A stretch of DNA of 35,590 nucleotides from a virus (Duplodnaviria > Caudoviricetes): IMG/VR virus record IMGVR_UViG_3300037781_000163, positions 1-35,590 of that record. The stretch is one strand, 5' to 3'. Positions 8,910 through 17,943 of this stretch are shown here, one piece after another; positions within the stretch are counted from its first letter, which is position 1; every line of letters starts with the position of its first letter. The position numbers were made by a program, and so were the translations under genes. The notes under the pieces were generated by a model. That model saw only the letters and a program-made list of their open reading frames with translations, ran no database searches and was not told the DNA's origin.

Positions 8910-9247
8910 CCCTCGACCACCTTCACCGCCCGGAGGAAGTCGGCGGCGTCCATCTCGGCCAGGTGTTTGTCGAGGATGGTGTTGTGCGGGTCGACGATGA
9001 TCTTCCGGATCAGCCCCCGCATGGCGGCGAGAGGCTCGCGCTCGGCCGACTTCGACGCGAGCAGGTCGAGTTCCCCGGCCTTCAGGCGGCGAATCAGCAG
9101 GCTCTCGATCTTGATCGGCTGCGCCCCGTCGCCCTCGTCGACCCGGACGACGATCGGGTCCTCGAGCCGGAGCCGTTTCTGCCGCCCTTCATCCTCGACC
9201 CAGCCGGTGAGATCGACATCCTCATCACCCGAAAGAGCCCCGAACAT
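8870..9247 (-). CDS. Tail assembly chaperone (Mu gp41-like)
   Basis: L.L.DPI, LIRRLKAGEL, MDAADF motifs; lies between tube and tape measure. Confidence 0.85.
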   Translation of the reverse strand: MFGALSGDEDVDLTGWVEDEGRQKRLRLEDPIVVRVDEGDGAQPIKIESLLIRRLKAGELDLLASKSAEREPLAAMRGLIRKIIVDPHNTILDKHLAEMDAADFLRAVKVVEGFLPLSRKTGGAA

Positions 9248-9603
9248 CAGCTGACCTCCCGGCCGCGCTCACCCTCGAAGCGGACGGTAACGGAGTTTTT
9301 CGTTCCGTCCACTTCGGCGTCACCGACCAGGTCAGCGCCCTCGAGCGTGACCACTCGGTCGGCGAGCCGCAGCTCGACCTTGCTGTTCTCGACATCGAGA
9401 TCCGAGACCGACTGCCCCTCGTTGAGCAGCACGGTAACGGCGATGAAGGGCACCCTCGATTTCGAGCTCCGTCCGACCCGGCCACCGGCTGCGGTGATAG
9501 ATTCCCGCATCCTCGTGCGGACATCGTAGGTCGCGCTTTCCGCGTCGACATGGAAGGTCAGCCCACCGACCGTAAGGCCGACAACACCGGCGTTCACTGA
9601 CAT
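9247..9603 (-). CDS. Tail tube protein (Mu gpM-like)
   Basis: 118 aa after the sheath; RESI, VPFI, C-terminal VRFEG motif; AGGAGAG RBS. Confidence 0.88.
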   Translation of the reverse strand: MSVNAGVVGLTVGGLTFHVDAESATYDVRTRMRESITAAGGRVGRSSKSRVPFIAVTVLLNEGQSVSDLDVENSKVELRLADRVVTLEGADLVGDAEVDGTKNSVTVRFEGERGREVS

Positions 9604-9640
9604 TTGTTCTCTCCTTCAGGAAGATGATGACGGCCCGTGG

Positions 9641-11191
9641 TCAGCGCGCGAGATCGCGCGGCCACTGCAGGCTGAAGCTGACCTTGACCGCGAAGACGAT
9701 CAGCGGGTTGGCGAGGTCCGGCGGATAGCTGACATTGAGGCGGGTCGGATCGTCGCCGTCGCGGCTGACGATCAGCAGCTTCTCGAACGCTTCCGGGTTC
9801 TCCGCCACGCCCGCCTCGACCAACTTCAGGTAATGCTGGATCAGCCGCGCCTTGACGATGCGCGGCGAGGCGATCGGCAGGCCGGCGGAGACATGACGGT
9901 CGTCGTCGACCAGGATCGCGCGCCGCTCGAGGAACTCGGCCACGATCACCGCCTTGAGCTGCCGGAGGATGTAGCTCAGCGTCGCCGGCGTCGTGACGTC
10001 GAGGTAGGAGGCATCCTCGACGCCCGAGGCATTCTTCTGGTAGGTCGTGACCGCGCGGTCGATCTGCAGCGCTGCTGCCGGGCCGCGGTCCGAGGTCGAG
10101 ATGCCCTTGTAGAGCAGCGAGTTTTTATCGGCCCAGGTCGGCAGCGCCGCCTCGGATGCAGCCTCCTCGCCGATCAGCCGGAGCGTCTGCAGCGGGCGGG
10201 CCGGGTGATTGTGCAGCGCGCGCGCCGCGATCGCGCCGTACCGCGCCGCCGTCTTGAAGGCCGGCGCCAGCTCGTCCGGCGACTTGCCGAAGACCGAGGA
10301 CCAGGGCGAGTTGCGGGCAACGCCGGCGGTCGCGAGCTCCGAGACCGTGCCGTGGCGGGCCGTCCAGATCTGGCCGTAGAGCTGGCGGAGCGGACCCCAT
10401 CGGTCGTCGAGCTCCGCCTCCCAGGCGTCGAGCGAGGTGTCGTCGCTGACCGGCAGGATGATGTGATCGAAGGCCTGGTCGGCGATGCCGGCGATCGCCG
10501 CCGACATATCCGGCGCGCCGGCGCCACTGGTCAGGCGCCCGCCGGTCGGCACGGCGATCGAGACGCCCGCCGGCCAGGGCTCACCCTGCAAGGCGCCGCG
10601 ATGATTGAAGCGCACCGCAATGTCGTTGCCGAGCGTGCCCTTGTGGCGGCAGGTGATCGTGATGACCTCGTCGGTATTCGCTGCCGTCACCGGCAGATCG
10701 AGGTCCGCATTGATCGCAGCGACGATCGCCGCGGCGATCTCGGCATCCGTGTCGCCGGAGGCGACGCCCACCTGCAGCGGCTGGACAATGCGGCGGCGCG
10801 AACCGTCGCCGACATAGACGTAGAGCACGCCGGCGGCCGTCGCCGGCCCGGAGACCGTGAAGTCGCCGTCAGCGGCGGTGCCGGCGCCGGGATCTTCGAC
10901 CGGCAGTAGCCAGAGCTCGCCCGTGTCGTCGTTGTCGCGATAGGCCCGCGCCATCGCCGCGCCGGCGGAGCCGCGACCGCAGAGATCGACCGCCGCGTCG
11001 CCGTTGCCGGCGAGCAGGACGGGCACGTTCGCATCCGCCGTTCCGCTCGAAAGCATCGGCGCGACGAGCAGCACCCGGGAATTGACCTGGTAGAGACCGG
11101 CGAGCGAGTTGTCGATCTCGGGATAGAAGCCGTGCGGCCGGGCGCCGACGGGCACGCGGTCGAAGGCATTGGCGTTGATGGTCGGTATCAC
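9641..11191 (-). CDS. Tail sheath protein (Mu gpL-like)
   Basis: FYPEIDNSLA, CGRGS, T.RHKG.LGN, PARPLQTL.L.G, RAVTTYQKNA.G..D.SYLD motifs. Confidence 0.96.
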   Translation of the reverse strand: MIPTINANAFDRVPVGARPHGFYPEIDNSLAGLYQVNSRVLLVAPMLSSGTADANVPVLLAGNGDAAVDLCGRGSAGAAMARAYRDNDDTGELWLLPVEDPGAGTAADGDFTVSGPATAAGVLYVYVGDGSRRRIVQPLQVGVASGDTDAEIAAAIVAAINADLDLPVTAANTDEVITITCRHKGTLGNDIAVRFNHRGALQGEPWPAGVSIAVPTGGRLTSGAGAPDMSAAIAGIADQAFDHIILPVSDDTSLDAWEAELDDRWGPLRQLYGQIWTARHGTVSELATAGVARNSPWSSVFGKSPDELAPAFKTAARYGAIAARALHNHPARPLQTLRLIGEEAASEAALPTWADKNSLLYKGISTSDRGPAAALQIDRAVTTYQKNASGVEDASYLDVTTPATLSYILRQLKAVIVAEFLERRAILVDDDRHVSAGLPIASPRIVKARLIQHYLKLVEAGVAENPEAFEKLLIVSRDGDDPTRLNVSYPPDLANPLIVFAVKVSFSLQWPRDLAR

Positions 11192-11194
11192 GGA

Positions 11195-11461
11195 TCAATC
11201 CTCCTGGGGTTTGGCCGCCGCGGCGGACCGGGATTTGCGGGAAACGGGGGCGGGCACAAGATCGCCGTCACGGCCGCCGGCAACGCCGCCCGGCGCGCCT
11301 TCGGGCGGCAACAGCCGGAGAATGCGAGGGTCGCGAAGCGCCGCGGCGTCCAGCTCGAACGGGCCGGAGGGAAAGGCGCGGCCGGTTCGCGGATCGATGA
11401 CGGTCAGCGCGTGACCGTTCGGGCGCTTTTCCGGGTTCGGCTGCAGGCGGGTCGTTTTCAT
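11195..11461 (-). CDS. DUF2635 / Mu gp38-like small protein
   Basis: L.V.DP.TG..FP..P and RLL...DGDLV motifs directly before the sheath; ATG 11461 with GGAG RBS. Confidence 0.7.
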   Translation of the reverse strand: MKTTRLQPNPEKRPNGHALTVIDPRTGRAFPSGPFELDAAALRDPRILRLLPPEGAPGGVAGGRDGDLVPAPVSRKSRSAAAAKPQED

Positions 11462-11513
11462 GGTCTTTCTCCGATGACGGCGAACGGCGTTCGCCTCGTT
11501 CAAGCGCCGGAGA

Positions 11514-12095
11514 TCACTCTTCCGGCGGGGTATCGAGAGAGATCTCACCCTCGAGGCGGCCATCCGGGCCGGCGGTATGGGGACCGCCTTCACCGGCCGG
11601 GTCGAACGGATCGAGAGCATCGAGCGCGACATCCACGCCGGCGATCACGCCGGGCGTCGCGAGCGGGAATTCCTGGTTGGCTTTCGGCGTCAACGTCAGC
11701 GCGAGGATCTCGACGCAATGCCCCAGCTCACCTGGTGCCTGCGCGACGAGGAACTGCTCGGTCTCGAACGACATCGGCGCCCTGAACAGCGCACGCCAGG
11801 CCGGGTCGGTGAACAATGTCGTCTTGGCCCACTCGACCAGCGCGCCGGCGGCGGCATCCCAGTCCTCGGCGGCGGCGACACGGACCTCGATCGCCAGCGT
11901 CATCGACATGCCGAAATGTTCAAGGCCGGCGTCGAGAGCTTCGCCGCGTTCGTTCGGCGCATAGACGCTGACGACCCGGTCGACGCCCTTCGGCAGACCG
12001 TCGAGGCGCGCACGGTAGACCCGGACGCCGCTCGCCGCAGCCGCTTTCAGCCGCGTCACGGCGTCGGTGATGATCGCCTGGCGGGTAGTCATCAC
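11514..12095 (-). CDS. Tail terminator / head-tail completion protein
   Basis: RQAI....V.RLK.....G.RVY.AR N-terminus and GPDGRLE C-terminus; position. Confidence 0.7.
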   Translation of the reverse strand: MMTTRQAIITDAVTRLKAAAASGVRVYRARLDGLPKGVDRVVSVYAPNERGEALDAGLEHFGMSMTLAIEVRVAAAEDWDAAAGALVEWAKTTLFTDPAWRALFRAPMSFETEQFLVAQAPGELGHCVEILALTLTPKANQEFPLATPGVIAGVDVALDALDPFDPAGEGGPHTAGPDGRLEGEISLDTPPEE

Positions 12096-12451
12096 GTCAC
12101 CTTGCGGAGATAGAGCCGGGTCACGCCTTCCTCGAAAGCCCGGGACCAGGCGATGCGCCAGGTCTCCTCACCATCCTCGATACGGTCACCGGCGGCGTAA
12201 TCGCCGTCGTCTGCCGTCACCTCGACGCTTGCCGGCAGATCCGAGCGACGGATATCGACAACCGCCTCGCAATCCACCTGACCGACCGTGCCTTCGCTGT
12301 CCGGCTCCAGGTCGTCGAAGAACCGGACAACCGTGACCGTGAACGGCCCGACCCCGGCACCGGGATTGTCGGCGCCGGGGTGATAGGTCACGGTCCGGCC
12401 AAAATGTCGGAAGGCCGGGCCGTTCACGAGACGGTCGAAGTCGACGGGCAT
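12092..12451 (-). CDS. Head-tail joining protein (lambda FII-like)
   Basis: FGRTVTY.P, GDRI..G..W.I...EGVTRL.L beta-fold pattern; synteny. Confidence 0.7.
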   Translation of the reverse strand: MPVDFDRLVNGPAFRHFGRTVTYHPGADNPGAGVGPFTVTVVRFFDDLEPDSEGTVGQVDCEAVVDIRRSDLPASVEVTADDGDYAAGDRIEDGEETWRIAWSRAFEEGVTRLYLRKVT

Positions 12452-12456
12452 CGGGT

Positions 12457-12750
12457 TCAGGCGGTTTTCTTGCCGCCGGCCTTGCCGGCTTCCTCGGCCG
12501 CCTTCTTTTCAGCCGCTGCGGCTTCCTCGGCGGCCCTCTTCTCCGCCGCGGCCTTTTCTTCGGCAGCCTTCTTATCTGCGGCCTTCGCCCGCTTTTTCGC
12601 CTCGGCTTCCGCCGCGTCCTGATCGATGCAGACGCCGGCGGCAATCAGTTCGTCGGCCGCCGCGTCGTCGATGAAATCGAGAATGGAATTCGGACCGTGG
12701 AAAGCCCCGCCATGCTCCACCGTGCCTTTGATGACCTTTACGCGCTTCAT
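12457..12750 (-). CDS. Small head-associated protein with Ala/Lys/Glu-rich tail (FI position)
   Basis: ATG 12750 with GAGGAG RBS; A.ELIAAG motif then KAAEE-type repeats. Confidence 0.7.
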   Translation of the reverse strand: MKRVKVIKGTVEHGGAFHGPNSILDFIDDAAADELIAAGVCIDQDAAEAEAKKRAKAADKKAAEEKAAAEKRAAEEAAAAEKKAAEEAGKAGGKKTA

Positions 12751-12771
12751 GAAAAATCTCCTCGGGTTGAA

Positions 12772-12813
12772 AAGGGACAAACAACGGGCCGGCGGAGCAT
12801 GCCGCCGGCCCGT
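12772..12813 (-). terminator. Intrinsic terminator after the major capsid gene
   Basis: 12-bp stem ACGGGCCGGCGG/CCGCCGGCCCGT (12784-12813) followed by TGTTTGTCCCTTT on the minus strand. Confidence 0.7.
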
Positions 12814-12838
12814 CAATCAGGTGGAAACGCCGGGCCGA

Positions 12839-13858
12839 TCAGCCCGGTTCAGCGCCGGCGTCGAACTCGGCGAGCAGCTCCGGCCGCTGGCAGATCGGCA
12901 AGACGTTGCTTTCGGAATAGAGCTCAATGCCCTTTCCGTGCTTCAGAATCTCCGGCGAAACGAAGATGTCCGGCCCGACCTGGTTGGCCCCGTCGACAGT
13001 GTCGGACGGACCGACGAAATTGCGGAACGTGTTCCGCGTACCAAGCGGGACAGCGTGCCCCTTGGTCGGCGCGATCAGGTTCGTCGAGGTGCCGTCCTGC
13101 AGGGTCACCGGGGCGTTGTACTCGATGAACATGATGCCCCCGAACAGGAAGCCCTCCCGATCGTCCAGCTCCGCCCGGTCCTTCGCCGCCGACCACTGCA
13201 GATAGTGCTCCTTGACGCTCGGATGGTTCGTGAGCTTGTCAAAGAACGTCGTCCCGACATAGGCGGTCGCACCGGTTGTAACCTCGCCCTTCAGGTTGTT
13301 GTCCCGCTGGCGGAGATAGGCGCGGCACTTGGCCTTGACGTCGGTTTCGTCCGTGTCGAGATCGAAGTAGATGACCGACTTGGTGAAGTCGAACACCTCG
13401 TAGAGATCGTACAGCAACTCGCCGGCGCCGTCATAGATCTCGCCCTTGATCATACCCGCATGCAGGTATTCCCAGGTCAGGTTGTACGTCATCCGAAGCT
13501 GCTCGAGGCGCTCGACGAGAGAGTCATCGATGGTCTTCGGCCGCGGCTGAGCGGCAAAGGCGCTCCAGTCCTGGATGTCCTGCGGCGTGATCAGATCGAG
13601 CTTGTTGAAGTGCGGGATCTTCAGGTAGACCGCCTTCTCCGTCGGATTGTTGCCAACGACGCCGGGCGCGCCCCGCTCGGTCGCTGCGAGCACGACGATC
13701 TCCCAGCCGCGGCGCTTGATTTCGACCAGCGTCGAACGGCTCGGCTGTTTCGTTGCCAGGCCTGCCGCCTGGAGCCTGCCATAGACGTTCGGCAGACGAT
13801 CGACCGCCTCGGTCAGGTCGAGGGCAGTATAGGGAAAGTTGATTGCAAGATCCGGCAT
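12839..13858 (-). CDS. Major capsid protein (lambda gpE family)
   Basis: LTEAV.RLP..YGRL, RGAPG, IPHF...D.I.P.DIQ, T.EY, ESN.LPIC.RPELL motifs. Confidence 0.95.
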   Translation of the reverse strand: MPDLAINFPYTALDLTEAVDRLPNVYGRLQAAGLATKQPSRSTLVEIKRRGWEIVVLAATERGAPGVVGNNPTEKAVYLKIPHFNKLDLITPQDIQDWSAFAAQPRPKTIDDSLVERLEQLRMTYNLTWEYLHAGMIKGEIYDGAGELLYDLYEVFDFTKSVIYFDLDTDETDVKAKCRAYLRQRDNNLKGEVTTGATAYVGTTFFDKLTNHPSVKEHYLQWSAAKDRAELDDREGFLFGGIMFIEYNAPVTLQDGTSTNLIAPTKGHAVPLGTRNTFRNFVGPSDTVDGANQVGPDIFVSPEILKHGKGIELYSESNVLPICQRPELLAEFDAGAEPG

Positions 13859-13860
13859 GA

Positions 13861-14547
13861 TCAGACCCTTTCACGCGTTTCGATGCGCTTGAGAGCAAGC
13901 TCCGCGAGCGCAGCGTTTTTCTGGTTGGTGGTCGCACCTGCCGGCCAGACGAGAGCGGCGTCGGCAACGAGTGCATCGCGGTGAATAACGACCGTTTCGG
14001 CGTCGGTGCCATCAGGCGCCGTGACATCCTTCGCCGCGAATGCCGCCGCGCGCTGACTGCCGTCCGTTTTCGAGAAATCGATCTGGACGTACTTCAGCGA
14101 ACCGGCCGGGACCTCGACCTCGATCACGTCGTCGACGTCCCAGTCCGCATCACCGTCGGTGATGGTGAAGGCGAGTTGCGGCTCGGCATAGGCCACGCCG
14201 ACGAGAGCGTCGGCCAGGCGATAGCCATCCGGGTCGACGACCTGGAAACGCCCGCCGTTCGAAGCCTCGGCGATGCAGGTCACCTTGTAGGTGCCGGCCT
14301 TGCAGGAGGCGCCGAGCGTCAGCGATCCAAGCGCGCCGTCGCCGGTGTTGCCCTCGTCGGGCGTGATCACCGGCGTGCCGAACAGCACCTGGCCGAGCAC
14401 CATGCCGAGCGTAATCGCCCGGACAGCACCGGAACCGGCGAGGATGGTGACCGCCTTGCGCGAGACAAGCGGGTCGAGCTCCCATTTCAGCACGGACGTC
14501 AGGGGCGTCCGGCCGTTCTGGGAGAGGAAGGGCATCGTGGAAGGCAT
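13861..14547 (-). CDS. Head decoration protein (gpD/HDPD family) with internal insertion
   Basis: SR..VTI, G.VLG, DGSQ.AAA, L.WPAG.T..QK.AA.A.L...I motifs; directly upstream of the capsid gene. Confidence 0.85.
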   Translation of the reverse strand: MPSTMPFLSQNGRTPLTSVLKWELDPLVSRKAVTILAGSGAVRAITLGMVLGQVLFGTPVITPDEGNTGDGALGSLTLGASCKAGTYKVTCIAEASNGGRFQVVDPDGYRLADALVGVAYAEPQLAFTITDGDADWDVDDVIEVEVPAGSLKYVQIDFSKTDGSQRAAAFAAKDVTAPDGTDAETVVIHRDALVADAALVWPAGATTNQKNAALAELALKRIETRERV

Positions 14548-14564
14548 TGTCTGGTCCTCCTGGT

Positions 14565-15122
14565 TTATCGCGGGTTGCTGGCTGCGCGACGGTCAGCCGC
14601 CGCAACCAGGCGCTCGCCGGGCTTGGATTCGCCCGGCGCCTTGGCCCCGGACGGTAGCGCGGCGGGCTGCGTCGCCTGCACGCGCTTGCGGAAGTCACTG
14701 GCGCCGGCAGGCTGCCGCGGCACGCGATCGAGGGTTGCGATCGCGTCCTTCGACGGCATCGGCGTCTCGAGCGCGAGGTAGCGGGCGAGATCCGGGTTCG
14801 CCTCCGCGGCCTTGGAGCCGAGGATGCGGTTGATCCGCGCGCGCTCGATCCGGCGGCCGTCCTGCATGGCCGCGCGAAGCGGCTTGTCGGCCGAAGCGCG
14901 GGAGCGGAGACCGGCCATCGCCTTCATCTCTTCTTCCTCTTCCTCGCTGGCCGGCTCGTCGTCTTCGCCAGTCGGACCGTCCTCGTTCTCGTCGTCGTCA
15001 TCATCGGTTTCGCTGTCGGCGACGGCTTCCTCTTCCTGCTCTTCGGCGGCGGCCTGATCCTCGTCCTCGGGGATCTCGTCCTCCGCCCTGCTGGCAGACA
15101 GCAGGGTATTGCGACCTGTCAT
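14565..15122 (-). CDS. Capsid scaffolding protein (Nu3-like)
   Basis: Very acidic N-terminus then ERARI..IL...A......LA.ET.M...AIA.L; AAGGAG RBS. Confidence 0.75.
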   Translation of the reverse strand: MTGRNTLLSASRAEDEIPEDEDQAAAEEQEEEAVADSETDDDDDENEDGPTGEDDEPASEEEEEEMKAMAGLRSRASADKPLRAAMQDGRRIERARINRILGSKAAEANPDLARYLALETPMPSKDAIATLDRVPRQPAGASDFRKRVQATQPAALPSGAKAPGESKPGERLVAAADRRAASNPR

Positions 15123-15174
15123 GGTCTCGCTCCTTCAGGGTTCAGGGGGCGGCGGAGGGTTCCCCGCCAGGGGT

Positions 15175-16041
15175 TCACACCCGGATCGGGTTGCCGTCAA
15201 GAGCCGACAGCAGGGCCTGAAACGCGTCCTCGGGTGCCAGGACCGCGTCGACCAGACCGGCCGCGCGCGCAGCGCTACCGGTAAACACTTTCGCCTCGGT
15301 CGCGAGCACGGCCTCGACCGTCATGCCGCGCCCCCGCGAAACCAGCTCGGCGAACAGCCGGTGCGTCTCGTCGAGCTCCGCCTGCCATTCGGCGCGGACG
15401 GCGTCGGGGAGCGGCTCGTAGGGATTGCCGTCCACCTTGTGGGCGCCGGCATGGATCAGGGTCAAAGTCACCCCCTCGGTATCGAGCAGGCGAGAGAAAT
15501 CCGCATGCATGCAAACCACGCCGATCGAGCCCGCCGCGCCCGTCCTCGGGATCGTCACCCGGTCGGCCTGGCTGGCGAGAGCGTAGGCCGCGCTGGCGGC
15601 ATTCTCGTCGAGGATGGCCCAGACCGGCTTTTCGGCCCGCGCGGCGTGAACCTGGTCGGCCAGGTCGAAACACCCCGCGACTTCTCCGCCCGGGGAATCG
15701 ATCTGCAGCACGATCGCACGGATCATCGGGTCCTCGGCCGCGTCGGCGAGCTTGCGGGCGATGCCGTCATAGCCGGTCATGCCCGATTCCGGATCGAGGC
15801 CGTTCCGCTGCACCAAGGTCCCGCGTACCGGGATCACGGCAACGCCGGCGGTCTCGTGGAAGGTTTGCCCCCGCCGGCGGGTACGTTCCGATAGACGAAC
15901 GCCGTTCGCCTGCGCCTCCTGCATCAGCAGCGACCAGCTTGCCCGGTCGGAGAGTACAGAGGCGACCTCGAGCGCGCGCGCCGGCAACACCATCAGCGGC
16001 CGGTTGAACAGCTGACCGCGCAGATTATGGAATTCAGGCAT
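15175..16041 (-). CDS. S49 family prohead protease (lambda gpC-like)
   Basis: VAVIPVRGTLV, IDSPGGEVAG, AASAAYALAS, GSIGV, GAHKVDGNPYEPL motifs. Confidence 0.95.
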   Translation of the reverse strand: MPEFHNLRGQLFNRPLMVLPARALEVASVLSDRASWSLLMQEAQANGVRLSERTRRRGQTFHETAGVAVIPVRGTLVQRNGLDPESGMTGYDGIARKLADAAEDPMIRAIVLQIDSPGGEVAGCFDLADQVHAARAEKPVWAILDENAASAAYALASQADRVTIPRTGAAGSIGVVCMHADFSRLLDTEGVTLTLIHAGAHKVDGNPYEPLPDAVRAEWQAELDETHRLFAELVSRGRGMTVEAVLATEAKVFTGSAARAAGLVDAVLAPEDAFQALLSALDGNPIRV

Positions 16042-17728
16042 GCGTCAGTCCTTTCCGTTCGGCGGCCCGGCGGCCGATCCGCTCGAGGCGGGAGAGGTGC
16101 CAGTCGAAGGCAGACGCCCCGGCCTCGCGCAGCTCGTCGGTGTCGCGCTTGTCGGCGTCCTCGTCCTCGGGCGCGGTCTCGGAGATCACGGCCCAGGAGG
16201 TCGTCGGCAGGCCGAGATCCGCATACCGCTTGCGCTCGAAGGCCTGCTGCTCGGCAAGCTCCTCCCAGTCGTGCCCCTGCTCGGCGGATTCCTTCTGCAG
16301 GCTCGAGATGCCGGCATCCATCCGCATGATCGCGGCCTGCGCTTCCTTCGTCGGGTCGACCCAGCCGCGGCCGGGCCCGTAACCGAACGCGCGGCCCCAG
16401 GCATAGGGTGCGTCGTAGAAGCTCGGCGCGCCCGGCAGGCGGTCGACCTCGCCGGTCGCGAACGCCTCCTCGAGCCAGAGCAGGTAGATCTGCCAGCCGA
16501 AGCCGGTGAACAGGCCACCGCCGCGCGCGGTCAGATGCTTCCAGGCGGACTGCGCCGCGGCGCGGATCGATGAGTAGTTCGTCGAGGCCCAGTCGTTCGC
16601 GTACTCGGGATAGGACTGGCCGACCGCGGAAGCGACGTTGCGGTGCGCGACGGCCAGGAAACCCTCCATCGCAGCGTTGGCGCGGGACGGCGCCGAGATC
16701 CGGATGTCCTCGCCCGGATAGAGGTGCGGGATGCGGGCGCCATTCATCTTCAGTGGGTTGGTCTCGTGGAACGCGATCCGGTCGTCGTTGTAGGAACTGA
16801 CGTCGTCAGCATCGCCCTCGAGTACGCCCTTGATCGTGTCATGATCCAGTGGGCTGACGATGTAGGCCGAAAGCACGGCATTGATCACGGCGGCCTGCAG
16901 CTCGACCCGCTTGTAATTGTCCTCCATCGCCAGCGGCTCGACGGTCGCAACCAGCGCCGGGATGCCGCGGGTCTGGTCGGGGCGCTCATCCTCAAAATGG
17001 TGAAGCACCTGCCGGCGGCCCCACTCGTTGACCGCGGCGACGCGTTCCCACTCGAAGCGCCGGCCGAAGGCGTCGCCGGCCCCGAGGAAGACATCCCCCG
17101 GATGCGCGCAGCGGAAATGATAGGCGACGGGACGGCCGTACGCATCGCGCTCGACGCCTCGGCGGAGCCGGTCGGTGTCCGCCGCGTCGTTCGGGTTCGA
17201 CAGCCGGTCGGCATCGACCAGCTCGATCGCGGTGCCCTGGCGGAAACCGTCCATGCCGTGATCACGAACCACGGCCAGTGCCTCGCCGGAGACGGTCAGC
17301 TCGCGGGCGGCGAGTGCGAGAAGGCCGGAATAGTTGCGCCGGCCAGCGGCGTCGATCGGGCATCGTGGGTCATTGGCGTAGGCCCGGAACTTGCGGCCGG
17401 TCTGGCGCGCCCATTCATGCGCCTCTGTCACGTCAACGCCGAGCAGTTCGTGATCCGGCGCCGGCTGCAGCCGGAAATTCGCACCGATCGCCTGGTCGAC
17501 GAAGCGCTGCACGGCAGCCGAAGCCCAGCCATTCTCGCGAACGACCTTGCGCAGGCGCGCAACCGAGATATTCCGCTCGGGCAGCCACTCGCCATCGATC
17601 GACCGCAGCGACGGCGCGAAATCGAACATCTCGGCGCGGCGCGTGTCGGCGGCCCGGAACGCGCTCCCCTCCGCCCGCTGCCGCGCGAGCGGGTTGCCGT
17701 CCCAGTTGAGGATTGAGGCTTTCGACAT
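16034..17728 (-). CDS. Portal protein (lambda family)
   Basis: RLSNP, GVE.D.YGRPVAY, R.DQTRG.P, NYSS.RA, GRGWVDP.KEAQA motifs. Confidence 0.96.
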   Translation of the reverse strand: MSKASILNWDGNPLARQRAEGSAFRAADTRRAEMFDFAPSLRSIDGEWLPERNISVARLRKVVRENGWASAAVQRFVDQAIGANFRLQPAPDHELLGVDVTEAHEWARQTGRKFRAYANDPRCPIDAAGRRNYSGLLALAARELTVSGEALAVVRDHGMDGFRQGTAIELVDADRLSNPNDAADTDRLRRGVERDAYGRPVAYHFRCAHPGDVFLGAGDAFGRRFEWERVAAVNEWGRRQVLHHFEDERPDQTRGIPALVATVEPLAMEDNYKRVELQAAVINAVLSAYIVSPLDHDTIKGVLEGDADDVSSYNDDRIAFHETNPLKMNGARIPHLYPGEDIRISAPSRANAAMEGFLAVAHRNVASAVGQSYPEYANDWASTNYSSIRAAAQSAWKHLTARGGGLFTGFGWQIYLLWLEEAFATGEVDRLPGAPSFYDAPYAWGRAFGYGPGRGWVDPTKEAQAAIMRMDAGISSLQKESAEQGHDWEELAEQQAFERKRYADLGLPTTSWAVISETAPEDEDADKRDTDELREAGASAFDWHLSRLERIGRRAAERKGLTHA

Positions 17729-17943
17729 CAGAAACTGATTCCGAAGGAACGGCGGGGCGGCGTCTGACCGAGCTGTATCTTCAGCTCGGCGATGTAGCCA
17801 CGCAATTGCCCGGCCGTCGCCTGGGTGAAGGTGACGCTCTGTCCGTTGTAGGAGACCGAGACCTCCTTCACCCCGGTCAGGAGGCTGTGCAGCGCGGCCT
17901 CGGCATCGGCGAGGCGCGTCTCGAGAACCGCGGTCGAGGTCAT
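17728..17943 (-). CDS. Head-tail joining protein gpW
   Basis: L..AEAALH.L.TG...V.V...G.SVTFT.A....L..YI.EL..QLG motif. Confidence 0.92.
   Translation of the reverse strand: MTSTAVLETRLADAEAALHSLLTGVKEVSVSYNGQSVTFTQATAGQLRGYIAELKIQLGQTPPRRSFGISF

Noticed and set aside
1-12100. Tailocin, T6SS/eCIS or gene transfer agent
   Set aside because: Full head, cos, replication and immunity modules are present, so this is a prophage.
12470-12620. Tandem-like GCC/TTC repeats
   Set aside because: Explained by the Ala/Lys/Glu low-complexity protein tail.
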